Assembly: GCA_964016885.1 (NCBI GenBank)
Contig: OZ024746.1
Coordinates: 42,780,001 to 42,844,000, forward strand
Direction of reading: 5' to 3'
Origin: Eledone cirrhosa
Taxonomy: Eukaryota
Length of the DNA: 64,000 bases
The position numbers and the translations under genes were made by a program. The notes beneath the pieces are model-generated. The model was not told where the DNA came from. It made no database searches and saw only the letters and a list, made by a program, of their open reading frames with translations. Below are positions 32,500-46,034 of this stretch, one piece after another (within the stretch, counting starts at the first letter, position 1; each line of letters opens with the position of its first letter).

Positions 32500-35400
32500 A
32501 AGGAAAAAATAACAATAGGTTTATGATTCTGCAAAAGACCACTAAGTGAAAGTTTTACATTTCATATATTAAGTCAGATTCAACAGAATTGCTATTTAAA
32601 CCGCTAAAGGGAAAAATAGACAAAAGGTCGATATCATACTGTTGCGATCGTGTTTATACGTGAACGAAAGTATGCCACTACAGAAGATAGTCGAAAGCTT
32701 TTCTTAAGTAATTGATACTTTTGAAATATCTTCACTAGATAAGGAATGACATTTCTGAGTTCTTGCCGTATATTATATATAACTATAATAAGTAATTTAG
32801 GTAAAACACTACAACGATCTAAATCAGGTAATGTGAAGAATGACAGCTTGGAAATATAAGAACATATGGAGTTGTTTAGGTTTACAGTGGTTTACAGATC
32901 GGTAAAGGAAGAAAAATAAAATATAAAACAAGCATGACAAAAATCACCAATATTCGAAATATTTCAATAATCATCTCGACTAATTGCTTATTACACAAGA
33001 GATATTCTCACAGAAAGATGGCGGAAGTGTTAGAAGATAGAATAAATGAAGACAACGATGACTGAATGACATTTTCGGTGTTCCACGAAGAAAACGAAGA
33101 TCCGCTTGTTAGGAGCGGACTTGGTTCGTAATTGTGATATATATAATAAAATACATTATGATTTATAGAAAACAATAGCTACAGGCTGTTTATAACCGAA
33201 GATTATCTAAGTAGAATCAAAAAGAAACGGCTATAGACTCAGACTATTTAGAATGAATGAAATCGAAATGGCTTCCAAAAATTTAATTCCACGAGTTGCC
33301 TACTGAAATCTTTCGCAATTTTCACAATATGTTAAGAATTATTGATTAACGCGACTAAAAAAATTATTTTCCATAAAGACACAGCCACATGTCAATGTTA
33401 GGTTAAATTTATTCCGACAATGGTAATTTTCTTTTTTCACAGATACAAAAAGGAGTGTGGGCAGTGTGTCATATAAAAGTAATAGTAGCTTATTCCTGAC
33501 CTTGTCATTAACAAGTTACGTTAGGAAAAGATTTCACTGGATGAATTCCGATGCATTTATTTTTAAAAATGAATTCATATGCACACGTACAGATATACGA
33601 ACACTTGCATAGAATTAAGAATACGCTAGCGAATGGACCGCCTCGTGATACTTATGTTTAGTAGTTGGTGACAAATAATGTAGAACAAATGTTTAAATAT
33701 CGTTTTAATTGAAATATTGAAAACAAAAAAATACGGAAATATTTCTTCCATTTCGGAAATGGTGCTAAATGATTTACCAATTCGAAAGAACGTCGAAAAT
33801 TCATTAGCTCAAAGATATTTTATTTAATTTGATATTTCACTAAAACGGTAAGAAAAAAACATAACAATAGTGGATAATATTGAGTTGAAATAAAATTTAA
33901 TGAGATAGTGTCAGGAGATTCGGGGGCGGGAGGGGGTACCTTAAAATTATGTAAAGTGAAAGAATTGAAACCGTTTTGGATTTAAAGAAAGAATCCCCGT
34001 CACCATACCTGAAAGGTGGTTTGCAGGTGGTTTAATGCAAAAAGAACAAAAATGAGGTGGGGATGGTGAAAGAGTAAGAAATAATGGTTAAAAGGGAAAC
34101 TGGTGGGAAGGGGAGAATCCATGGTGACAACTGGATAGGGGATGGGCTAAAGTAGGAATATGCCAAAATAAATAAATAATAATAATAACTTTAAGGTAAG
34201 TAAGAGTAAATAGCTAAATAGGTGGAACCGTAAACCAGAAAAGAAATAGTCGCCTTGACTTGCTTAATGAAACGTATGTAGTAGAGGAATTGGAACAAGA
34301 AAGAATGGAAGGGAATGTGAGTGGAGCGAAGAGAAATCATAGATTAAACAAAGACCTATGTGAAGAGAAATTGTTGCATAGAAATAATCTATGAGAGACG
34401 ATGTGTGTAGTAGCAGTATATAAGTCTGAATGCAGGAACCCGGAAAATTCGCATCTAGGTATCTAATCGCCAAGAAAGAAAATGAGGGAAGAAACCTTTC
34501 AGATCAGCTTCGATCGGTATAGATAGATCTTAATTTTCTTCCACTTCTTCAATAATTTAACAGTTGTCAGTGAGGGAAGGAATTTGAAAAAAAAAAAAAA
34601 AAAAAAAAAGAGAGAAGACGATGGAGAGAAATAATAAAATCTAATAAAAGAACAAGACAAAGAAAATAACTAAAATTCTACACACATGAGTAGTCAGTAT
34701 AGATGTATGGTAGTCTGTGTGTAATAGCTAGGTGCACATGAAACATGAATCGTGTTATATCGAACAGGCACGCGATCAAGTAGCCACGTCATGACGATAG
34801 CAATGACGAAGGATGTAGAGAAGAAGCAGATGAATGGAAGGAAGGTTGATGCGAATGCGCTAGTGTTATGTTCGGCTTGTCTTATATGCGTACACTTTCT
34901 CACAAACGTCACTGATATCTATTCTGTAAAACTATTACTGGGTGCTGCTCTACCAAACCTAGGTAAATGCTAATAGAAATTCATCTGTCCTCAGAGTAAA
35001 ATTAACTGCACCTGCACTTGACACCGATAACCTGTTTATTATCGTCAGCTAAGGTATCACAAAAATAAAACTGAAAAATGATGGATTAAAGAATACGAAA
35101 AAGATTTAAAAACAAAAGAAAAAACAAACAAGCTAAAACAATAACTTATTTAAGATGTATACATAATGTATTTCATAAATATCTTGACCACATAAGCTGA
35201 ACTAACCAATTTAAGCCATTTATCATCATCAGATACTACAGTGATAGTCGCAGACTGGCTTGGCTGTGCATGTATGCATGTTAGAGTGTGTGTGTGTGTG
35301 TATTATATATATAGAGGGAGAGAGAGACTGTTTTTGTAATACATGTAGGTAGGAAATTTCAATCTTCGATAATAAGAACATCTGTGTGTGAGTGTATATA

Positions 35401-36115
35401 TATACATATATATATATATATGAAAGAGAGAGTATGTGTGTGAGTGCGTGCACAAGTTAAGGATAATAAACATGAATGCTTTGAATAGCGTGAAAGGAGT
35501 ATTAATCCCAGCGATGGTGGAGGGGAAGGAGAGAGGAATGGCACCTACCTTGACTATGGGTGGGAAGTAGTATTTTGTAATGACCGTACACAGTTTTAGA
35601 ACGCTAAACGTCTACTTGAAAATTCCTTCGCTTGATGCATGGCTCTATTGTAACGAGCTGCAGTCTAGTAGAAATTTTACACACTCTACATACATGTGTT
35701 TCTTTCCCGTGCGGGGAACCTACTCTGCATAAATAAATGATGATGATGATGATGACGGTAATAATAATAATAATAATGGTGATGATATAAAACTACTAAT
35801 CATAACCAGTTCCTCCTGCCAGCATCTTACTAAACAACGCTACGATAGTGTCGCAGCACCATTTCTCAAAGTCGACGGCGTGGTTTCACAAAATACTCAT
35901 CTCACACAGTCGCTCTCTCTTGAACATTTAGATTCTGGTACAAGAAGAGGAAAAAATCAATTGTATATAGCCTCTTGATGTGAGGGTTCCTCTTCATAGT
36001 TATCTATTAGTGTGTGTTGGAATGTATATGTTTCAGCGGGTATGTGTATATATATATATACATACACACCTTGATACACTCTCGTATATACATATATTTA
36101 TGTATATACCTTTAT

Positions 36116-36157
<42 letters not shown>

Positions 36158-36263
36158 CCTTGCACATACACACGCAGATTTTAAGTGTGTGTGTGTATAA
36201 AAATGCTTAATGTGAGGTTTTTCATTTACGTTATCTTTTCCTTTCTTTCCGGGTACGTTGCGG

Positions 36264-36297
<34 letters not shown>

Positions 36298-37087
36298 GCG
36301 TGTGTAGTAATGCCTACCACACGCTATAGCAAGCAGCGGCTGCAGTTCGCGTGGATATAATATTTAACGGTAATTGCTACTAAGCATTAAGACAGCAAAG
36401 CGATGCATAAGAGATGGTGACGTTCGTTAGCGGTAACAAAAGACACGAAGAAAAGAAAAGAAAAAAAAAAAACAAATGCAAACTAAAAAAATTATCAAAG
36501 GGAAGCTTATCTACTAGTTTCCACCGCAAATCATAACACACACACACATTATATAAATATACACACACACACACATTTCTGTCAGTGTGGTGTTACAACC
36601 CACCACACACTCTTTTAGACACGAGATCAAATATAAATGTAGTGGAGCAAGCTGGGGAGGGGGGACACTGACCACATACATACACTCAACAATAATAAAA
36701 TGAATAAAAATTCTCCGAGGAAAGTAGACAAAATAAAAACAATACTGATTATTCTAAGTACTCGGTAATAATAACAATAATAACTACGATAGCATGAACA
36801 ACAACAACAACAGCATGGTTTGTAACATACATACCTACCTAAACAGAGGCTGTCAGGTGTCCCTCAGCATATAGTGGAGAGTTGATGATCACCAAATGTA
36901 GTAGATACCCAAACATATAGTTGTTGGCAGATAGAGTTGATAACGACAGCGGCAGTGACACCGGAGTAGATGATGGTGATGATGATACTGTTGATTGTGA
37001 TAATAATAAGAAGAATAATCCGCAAATTTTAAGTGCCGGTTTACCGGGCAGCCAACACGGCAGTGATTTCGCAAGGTTTTTTTTTTT

Positions 37088-37121
<34 letters not shown>

Positions 37122-38539
37122 TAAAACAAAATAAGATGAAATAGCGAGCTAATAAATATATATATATGTATATATATGAACAGAAAAAAAAACAAAAGGA
37201 AGCTTTACCTTCTTTTTATAGATAAATCCTCGTCCTTCTAGGATCGAGTTTGCAGAAAGCAGTAATAAAAAGCAAACCGATACAGTTATATCACAACCTT
37301 AAGCAAGTGATTAGATCATTGCTAAAGTGGACTTATTCCTGCTACTCGGGTTAGGTTGGCGCTGAAAGCTAGTGGTTTCGGCATTGTGCACCACCACTGG
37401 TTGTGCCGTTTTCTCCTCAGAGAGGGATGCATTCTACCTACGTCGGGGCAGACTGGCTCTCACGGAGCCGCGGAGAAATAAAATGGTAACAACACTTATT
37501 AGCAACAGAATAGAATAGAAATAATTCCCAGTCCCTCGCTCACCATCTTTCAACGTAGCATACACATCGACCTAGCTTTTGCATGTTTTTTTTTCCTTCC
37601 TTCCTTTTTTTTTTTTTTAATGTGAATGCAAACAATCTGGGATCCAAAACGTGGAATAGATGAGAGTAAAGGAAGAAAAGATAATCAGCACTACTACAAC
37701 AGCAAGAAGAAAAATGAAAGAAAGAACAATTGAAGGAGAAAGATATCAGTAATGGATGAAAGGATAGAAGGGTGAGATGCTGGTGGAAATGATAAGTTTC
37801 ACGTTTGCTGTATTATCTTCTTTAGTCAGTCTCTCTTCGATCTGCTAAATTCCATTGCAGTAATAGAACGACTTGTAGGTAATTTGCTTTCATATTCTAA
37901 AAATAAGTAAACCTTGTAACGTTGACACAGCTGGCTAGTTTGTTTTGAACTAGACATATTTCCCTCCTACTTTGGACTTGTAACTAGTCTCTGTCTTGGA
38001 AGATATAATGTCCGTATGGAATGGTGCGGAGCTGTTTAACATTTCCCGCCGCAGTAATATCCTTGTAAATATACATCATAGCAGATAAAATGACTTTTTA
38101 ATCTTTTCAGCAATGGAAACACTGATACTAGATAGTGTCTTGGTCGGCGCAGAATTCGGTAAAAATGATGTCACAGCTGAAGGCAGCCGTCACTGGGGTT
38201 AACGCAACAGCTAGTATTCCTCAGCAGATATCGTTTGGGAACGGAAAACACGCTAAGGATAGCCAACAATTCTTACGTCTATAGTGACTAAATAAGAGCA
38301 GGAAAATGTAGTAGTTTCATCCTCTAACAGGATAAATAGGCCTGTATTCATATGTTGGTTATGCTATTATTTATAACTAAAGACTTAACGGATATTTCCA
38401 TCAACATCTAAATATCTCCATTCGAATGTATCGATATAGAATGAAATACCAACCACGGAAAATTTAATCGGTGAAGCTTATAATACGTATACACGCGTAT
38501 GTGTGCATGCGTGTATTTCTATGTGCGTGTGTATGTAAT

Positions 38540-38578
<39 letters not shown>

Positions 38579-39250
38579 CCTTATCGAAATGTGTATGTTT
38601 TTAGAAAGGTTTCGTTTTCATGTTGAGTATGGTTTTAATTATATTCGTTTGTAAACAGATAAAAGCTGGAAATGGGTGGGCGGCGCGAAAGCATGTTCGG
38701 TTGTATCAAACCTTGACAATAGAAATAGTATAACATGCAATGTTAAATATTCTCTGAAAATATCAACAGTTATCGGTGTTTGTTTAACATTAATCTTTTC
38801 TATTGTCATGTCTCACAGCTTTCAATATCCATTGATTCTCCTCCACACTGTCCTTTACTCGTCATATCAAAACCGTTCAATATACATTTTAATAACTAAT
38901 AACTATCTCGTTTATTTGTTCCAAAATATTTCGATTTGGAACATTTTTTTAAAGGAAATATTTCATTTATCAAATATAGAATGAAAAAAAAATTATTATT
39001 ATCATTACTACTACTACTACTAATTTTATTTATTATTTCATGTGAAGAACTTCCTATCTTTTAAAACCATTTAAGAAGCTTAGGTTACAGGCTTAAAAAT
39101 CTCGTAAGCTATGAATGACTTAATTCTCAAGTCTCCTTTTGGCACAGCAGGTCACTCGTTAATTACACCACACTTGACCGACATCGAACATTCGGATTCT
39201 TCAGCTTTTTTTTTTTTTTTTTTAAACATCTATCTTGACTGATACTGCTT
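32500..39250. promoter_or_regulatory. TE-poor, CpG-retaining island; probable promoter/5'-UTR region of an unidentified transcript
   Basis: CpG is visibly more frequent than in the flanks and I recognised no SINE/LINE copies. Motifs: YY1+ETS composite AAGATGGCGGAAGTG at 33015-33029, E2F-like TTTCCCGC at 38042 and GGCGCGAAA at 38682, and minus-strand donor-like sites near 35549, 36839 and 37208. Confidence 0.4.
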
Positions 39251-39339
39251 GTTGGATACGGCAGTAAATTTACAATGAAATGATACCCAATACATTTTTT
39301 TTTTAAATTCTCTTACTACCTTCTATAGTTTTAATATTT

Positions 39340-39665
39340 TTTTAAATCTTGATAGCTCGCTAAGAAATTATGGTCGATAAAATAACGCACCAGTCATGTA
39401 CTGAGGTTGATACAGTTGACTGTTTTCCTATCATTACTAGCATCACAAAATTTATGGCCTTGTGTCAATTTTGCTTTTCATCGTTTTGGAGTCGATAAAT
39501 AAAGTACCATTCAAGGACTGGGTCGTCCTAATCATCCCTTTCCATTTATGCTTGAATTAGAAAACATTATTATTGTTGTTCTTTAGGTTCTACATACAAA
39601 TCCCACCAAGGTCAACTTTGTCTTTCGTCCTTTTGTAGTCTAAAAAATAAAGTCCCTGTTAGCTT
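39340..39665 (+). mobile_element. Three short SINE family A core fragments
   Basis: ggtcgataaaataacgcaccagt; ttttgcttttcatcgttttggagtcgataaataaagtacc; caaatcccaccaaggtcaactttgtctttcgtcc. Confidence 0.65.
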
Positions 39666-39994
39666 TCTTCTCCTTCAAATAAGATATTATCATCATTATT
39701 ATTAGCAGGTTAATGATGAGAAATTTTCCAGCCATGACCGTCCCATTTTTTTTCAACCACAATGTACATTGTTCTACAAATCTATCTAATATGGAAAGCA
39801 GTAAGGTTTGAGATGATGCACATTTTACTGCTCTTTCTAGCAGATCGAACGACTACAGCAACCCCCTCCTCTGGTAATAAACACATGTGTAAATAGCTGA
39901 ATGGATATAAAATCTTCTCATTATACTTCTGAATAAGATATTAAAACCTGCTAATATCTGTTTACCTATTTAACTATTAGGAACTATGGGAATC

Positions 39995-40470
39995 TTTTTC
40001 TTCTTCCACTTATTCTTGCATGGGTCATAGTGGACAGAGTCCTCAAGCTTACATTCCAGTGGGTTGTGTCAGAAGCATCTATCTCCAATTGATCTGGCTG
40101 GATCCCCGAGTGAGACTAGCCAAGCTAATGTATGTTATCTAACCATTTTGCTCTGGGTCTCCTGCCGGTTGGTTTATAACCATCACATCTGTCCAGCGAT
40201 TCTTTCAATAGACATTCTGACAACACCTCCATAGTATCAGAGTTTTGATCTCTCAATTTGGAGAAGTATCGGCTCTACCTATAGTGATTCCTTGATCACT
40301 GAGCTACCCAGTCTATTGAGTAACGTTACTCCAAAGACCCTTCGGAAGAACCTCATTTTGGATGTTTATATTTGTGTTCATTTTATTTCATCATTACCCA
40401 AGATTCATGACTATAGGTAAGGGTTGGCATAAATACCAAATTGAAGATAGCAAGTTTGGCTTTTACACCT
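39995..40470 (-). mobile_element. Rex3/Expander-like RTE LINE 3' fragment with (GAA)n tail
   Basis: The minus strand reads LVFMPTLTYSHESWVM..., homologous to 56150-56520 and 56535-56985. Confidence 0.75.
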
Positions 40471-41149
40471 CCCTGCTTTTCTCCTGATGACCGAATGCTG
40501 GTAATCTTCCATGAAAATATTTTTTAGTTTTCATTTTTTTTTATCCTACACATATCTGGGCAATATCAATAAGAAACCAGTTTAATATATCCTTTTGTAG
40601 AAAATATATGGATGTTTCATACATAGGATTACCAGTCTTTGATTCAATATTGTCTGAGGCTTCCTCTCTAATGTTTCATAAGACTATGAATCTACACCTG
40701 GAAAGATTTTCTCAAAGATACAAGCCTGAAAAAGACATTTTGTCAAAGATCAATAGCAGTCACCTACACATGCACGTTGCCAATGTGATGTTGTACCCCC
40801 TCCCCCCAAAAAGCATGAGCTGATACAGTTTTGCGCCAATCACATCACAATCAAACTCGGAATTCAAAGAGTTAAATGAGATACTGCAAGGAATCATGTC
40901 TGATAATCCTCCGCCTCTGGCCTGGTACATTATATATTGAACCTGAAAAGATGAAAGGCTTAGTTATCTTCTGCAGGATTTAAACTCAGATTGTAGGGAA
41001 ATGTATGGCATTTAATCTGATCCTCAAACAACATTGGCAATATGCAACAGATAATTTATTTTTTCAAATTGGTGGAGCATGGTAACATAAGACATGATGG
41101 CCAACAGGGCAATGGTGAAGCATGGCAAGCTTAGCAAGCCAGCAATGGA

Positions 41150-42649
41150 TAATAAATATGCTATCAAAACAAACATAACTGTTTCTAACATGCTTTCTAT
41201 ATGGCTAGATGCCCTTTCTAATGCCAACCACATTTACAGTGTGTGGCGGATGCTTTTTGTCATAACACATATATAACCACTTTATATATATATATATATA
41301 TATACATACAAATATATACATATATAAATATTATTACACACACATATATATATATATATATATATTTACAGTACCTACTGTAAATGAGGTTGGCATTAGG
41401 AAGGGCATCCAGCAGCTGTAGAAGCCAACCCCAAATCAGTTCTGTATGAGCCAGACATGGTCACCTGACCTAGCATTGCTTTCAACAGGACAACTTGTCT
41501 AACCCATGCTAGCATGGAAAAAATGAATGAAAACGGTGATTATGATGATGATGTATTATTACATATATGTAAATATATATTATGTATGTTTATATATATG
41601 TATATGCATGTATGTGTCTATATGTATGTGTGTGTGTGTATATATATTGCTCCAGTTTACTCAGCTGTAGAAATGAGATGATAGGACTGGGGGTCCCTAT
41701 CATTCCACTGCAAAGTGGTCGTGGAGGTGCCATGGCAAAAAAGCACCCAGCACTCACTGTAAATGAGGTTGGTGTTAGGAAGGGCATCCAGCTGTAGAAA
41801 TCAAGCCAGAATCAGTTCCCATATGAGCAAGACAAGGTCAGCCGACCAGACACTGCTCACAACAGGACAACCCATCTAACTCATGCTAGCATAGAAGAAC
41901 GGACATAAAAAGGTGATGATGATGATTATATGTTTGTGTGTCTATAATATATTTGCTTGTTTATTACCACAAAAGACCCCACACTGTAAGTGGCCATGTA
42001 GGAGTCACAACAAAAAGCACCCAGCACACACTGTAAATGTGGTTGGCACTAGGAAGGGCACCCAGCAATAGAAACCTAGCCAGAAACAGTTCTATGTGAG
42101 CAAGACACAGTCACATAACCCGACTTGCCTCTAATAACCTGTCTAAACCAAGCTAGCGTGGAAAATGGACATTAAACGATGATGATGATGATGATAAGGC
42201 TCCCCTATGCACAGGTTGAAGCATGCATTCAGTATGCACCATTAACCTACCATCCCCACCCACATCTTAATCACCCCACCCTTTACCTAAGTCCCTCCAC
42301 CCATTGTTACCTAATAAGTCCTCCTTCCTTTCATCTACTTCTCCCATCCCCATGCTCCCCCCCCCCCACCATCCCACACTGTAAAGTGGTTGTTTTGATG
42401 CCATGACAAAAAGCATGCAGCTACACTGTAAAGTCGTATAGGGGTTACGACAAAAAGTACCCAGTCCACACTGTAAATGCGGTTGCAATTAGGAAGGGCA
42501 TCCAGGCTTAGTAACTAACCCCAAATCAGTTCTGTATAAGGAAGACATGGTCATCTGATCTGGCTTGTCTCACAAAGGGACAACTCGTCTAACCAACGTT
42601 AGCGTGGAAAAATAGTCATTAAATGGTGATGATGATGATGATGATGACG

Positions 42650-42685
<36 letters not shown>

Positions 42686-42920
42686 TTATCATTATCACTG
42701 ATTTATGTCCATTTTTCCATGCTAGCATGGGTTAGATGAGTTGTCCTGTTGTGGGTAATCTAGGTCAGGTGGGCATATCTTGCTCATACAGAACTGATTT
42801 TGGCTTGGTGTCTACAGCTGGATGCCCTTCCTAATGCTAACCTCATTTACAAGTGAGTACTAGGTGCTTTTTACAGTGTGGACTGGGTGCTTTTTATCGT
42901 GTCACCACTTACATATATAT

Positions 42921-42957
<37 letters not shown>

Positions 42958-43200
42958 AATCCCCACCGAAGTACCCAGCCCACCCTGTAAAGTGGTCATG
43001 TATGTGTCACGACAAAAAGCGCCCAACCCACACTGTAAAGTGGTTGTATAAGCATCACAACCAAAAGCATCCAGTACACACTGTAAATGTGGTTGGCATT
43101 TGGAAGGGCATCCAGCCACAGAAACCAAGCCAGAACCAGTTCTGTATGAGCAAGACATCATCACCAGATCTCACTTATCTCACAACAGGACAGCTCGACT
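41150..43200. mobile_element. Cluster of at least seven RTE-tailed SINE/LINE 3' fragments (+ at about 41377, 41646, 41960, 42372, 42965; - at about 41150-41280 and 42683-42905)
   Basis: Repeated ctgtaaatgWggttggYRtTaggaagggcatccag cores, terminal stem-loops and (GAT)n tails, mostly separated by TA runs. Confidence 0.9.
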
Positions 43201-43699
43201 AACACAAAAAAAAAATCTCGCTCTTTTGTTTTGTCTTGGACTGTTTCAGCAACACTGAGGAGGTGGTCATGATCATGACACACCCGAAGAGTCCTCCAAA
43301 CTCTGTGCTTGGCAAGTTTTCTACAGCAGGGTGCATTTTCATAGCACCATCACTAGAGATATTGTTGGTCATAGTCTCCAATGATGAACCTTCTCTGCTC
43401 TGTCAGGTGGAGGCAATAGGGGATGGAGATAGCTATTAAATTATAGGTATATGTGGTGGTTTGGCAGGGTGGTTAGTAAGGGAAAAGGGGTGACAAATAG
43501 TATGTGGGGAAGGAGATGTAGTGCTATGTGGATAGTGTGTTGGTGGTAGTGATGGTGAGATAGCTAAGAGGTGGTAGTGGAAGAGTACACAAATAGAGAG
43601 AGAGTAGCTACTAGAGTGTGATAAATGTTGATCTTTGCTAAGTTTATTCTACGTTCTGTTTTCACACTAGGAATTTCATCTGAAACCCTTCTGAAGATT

Positions 43700-44470
43700 C
43701 AGCAATAAGAAATACGTCATCATACAGTTCCCATGAGCAACCAGTCTGAAACTTCTCTGTTATGGCCTGGAAAATTATATTAAAAAGGAGAGGAGCTGAG
43801 AACTCAACATTGATGACTTACATGCATATTGAATTCCTTACTAAACTCATTACATACTCTCACTTTACTGACAGTATCTCTGTACATGGCTTGCACTGCT
43901 CTTACAAGCCACTCATCTACAAACAGTTTTCTTAAGGACCACCAGATAATAGGTTGTGGTACTCTGTCAAAGGCTTTATAAGATGTACAAAAGCTAGCAA
44001 TAGTGGCTTACATTTAGATAGGAACTTCTCTTGTAGTTATCTCAGAAAGAAGAAGGCATCTGTGGTGCTACTTCCTGGCACAAATTGCATCTTATCTAAT
44101 TTGACTATTTCCTTATTTAATTGTGCTAACATTCCTATGTTGCTGGAGTTGGTCCTTTCTAGAACACATTTTCTTTGGTAACAATTAATGATTAATTCAA
44201 TGCCAGTTATTGGGTATGGCACCATCACATATTATCCAATTATGGGGTTGACTACATCTCTTACCTCACCAGATTATTTCAGCATCACAGTGTCTATCTC
44301 TGATGATCCAACAGCTTTATCATTTTAGATCATTCTGATTACCTCTTATACCACCTAACTGTCAACTTTGATAGCTGGCCCCTCTGTTTGTGTCTATTCT
44401 AGGTAGTCACCTTCATTCCACTTATTCACCACCTTCACCAATCTTTCATAGTAGCATTCCATTGCTTCCC
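43700..44470 (-). mobile_element. Decayed RTE LINE RT fragment
   Basis: The minus strand reads AQLNKEIVKLDKMQFVPGSSTTDAFFFLR and [13 protein letters not shown], homologous to 9606-10060. Confidence 0.8.
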
Positions 44471-44689
44471 TAATGCTGGTGCCATGATAAAACACACCTT
44501 ATGCACTCTGTAATGCACAGAAATGTATGTAAACAAGTTGCAGCCCTGGTGCGTCTGAGAGATCTATGGCACTGATTAAGTGCTGACTTGGTTTGTGATC
44601 TGTCTAACTGTTACTATCAGGGAAATTGGATGTTAAATGAGGGTAATGATGATGATGTTTTCCCAGCTAGGAAGGGATGGACATGCCAT

Positions 44690-45900
44690 CTTGTCATACA
44701 CCTGTTAGTACTCAAGTATAATCTCTGAATTCCATATGGGCCAGGTGCCTGGCATACAATTCCATCATCTCCCAACGTGTTTTATTATGGCCACAACACT
44801 AGGAAAGTTGTTATGTCTTTGACACAGCTGAAGATGTTTCTTGACCTAAAGTGTACATGTAGACACCAACACTAGTGAGGTTGCCCTCTCTGTGGCACTT
44901 CAAAGTACTTTTGACCATTTGTTAAGTTTTCTAAGCTGGATGCTCTCCCCATCACTAACTACTATACAGAGTATACTGGGTATGTTTATCAAATACATCA
45001 ACACCACTAAGGAGGTTGTCTGTCTTTGGCACAGCTGAAGATTTCTTCTTTCCCTCTGGTACGATTTCTATGGCAGGATGGCCTTCTCATCACCAACTGC
45101 TATACAGAATGTACTGGGTGGGTTTATCATGCAAAATAGGCAACTGTGCTGATCAACAGCACTAGGGAGGTTGTTATGTCTGTAGCACAACCGAAGAGTG
45201 TTCCTGCTTTTTTGTTTGGCACGTTTCCTAGGGCTGAGTGACCTTCCCATCACCAAACACTATACAGAGTGTACTGGCAGAATTTGTCCTGTAAATCACC
45301 AACACTAGAGAGGTTGTCACATTCCTATCACAAATGGAAAGTCCTCTTAGCCCTTTTGGAATGGTTTATATGGTGTGGTGCTCTTCCTGATCACCTTACA
45401 GAGTATACTGGATGCATTTATCATAGCCTCAGCACTGGAGAAGCTATTGTAATTGACTCAACTGAAGATCCTATGGATGCAGTGGGGTGTATGTCATGGG
45501 TAGGTATTAAGTGTGGAGGGAATTAACAGGGTGGTGGTGCAAGCAGGAGAGGTGGCCTCCAGCAGCCTGCGAGATACTGTGGTGAACACATTTACTAAGG
45601 AGCTATGGCTCTTCCAAGAGTTCCATCTGCAGAGATTTCACTGCAAATCTTTATACTGCCATCATCTTTCATGTGCATCACATGTTCATAAAAGCACAGT
45701 CGCCTATCTTGCATGTTACATCCAATTACTCTGATAAGTTTACTCTCAGCCTGTTTAGGCTACATTGGTCATGCACATTAACATTACACATCCATCGGAG
45801 CATACACACTTTATTTTTTTCTAACCTTCTCAGGTCTTCTACAGTCAATCTTTGTTGTCAGCAGTGGTACCAAGCTCCTAAGCTTCTTACCTGTACTTAC
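44690..45900 (-). mobile_element. Old RTE 3' end with 4-5 tandem degenerate 125-160-bp 3'-UTR units
   Basis: The minus strand reads RRLCFYEHVMHMKD near 45665-45705. Motifs cactagRgaggttg and catcacYaa..ctatacagagtRtactgg recur between 44790 and 45470. Confidence 0.65.
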
Positions 45901-46034
45901 CTTGGTTATCACACTTTCAGCACATTCTCCCCTACTATTGATTAAGTCAACAACTTCTAAGGGGCCTCCCTGGCATCATCTGTGTCTATATCAATTTCAA
46001 TATATATATATATGTATGTATGTAAATTGCAACA

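Noticed and set aside
33018-33065. ATG in good context (MAEVLEDRINEDNDD)
   Set aside because: It stops after 15 codons with no clear donor and is better explained as part of a YY1/ETS motif.
34694-37121. Short ORFs in the CpG island (72, 73, 61 and 66 aa)
   Set aside because: They are low-complexity or use non-ATG starts and have no recognisable domain. I also did not spot any conserved miRNA mature sequence by eye.
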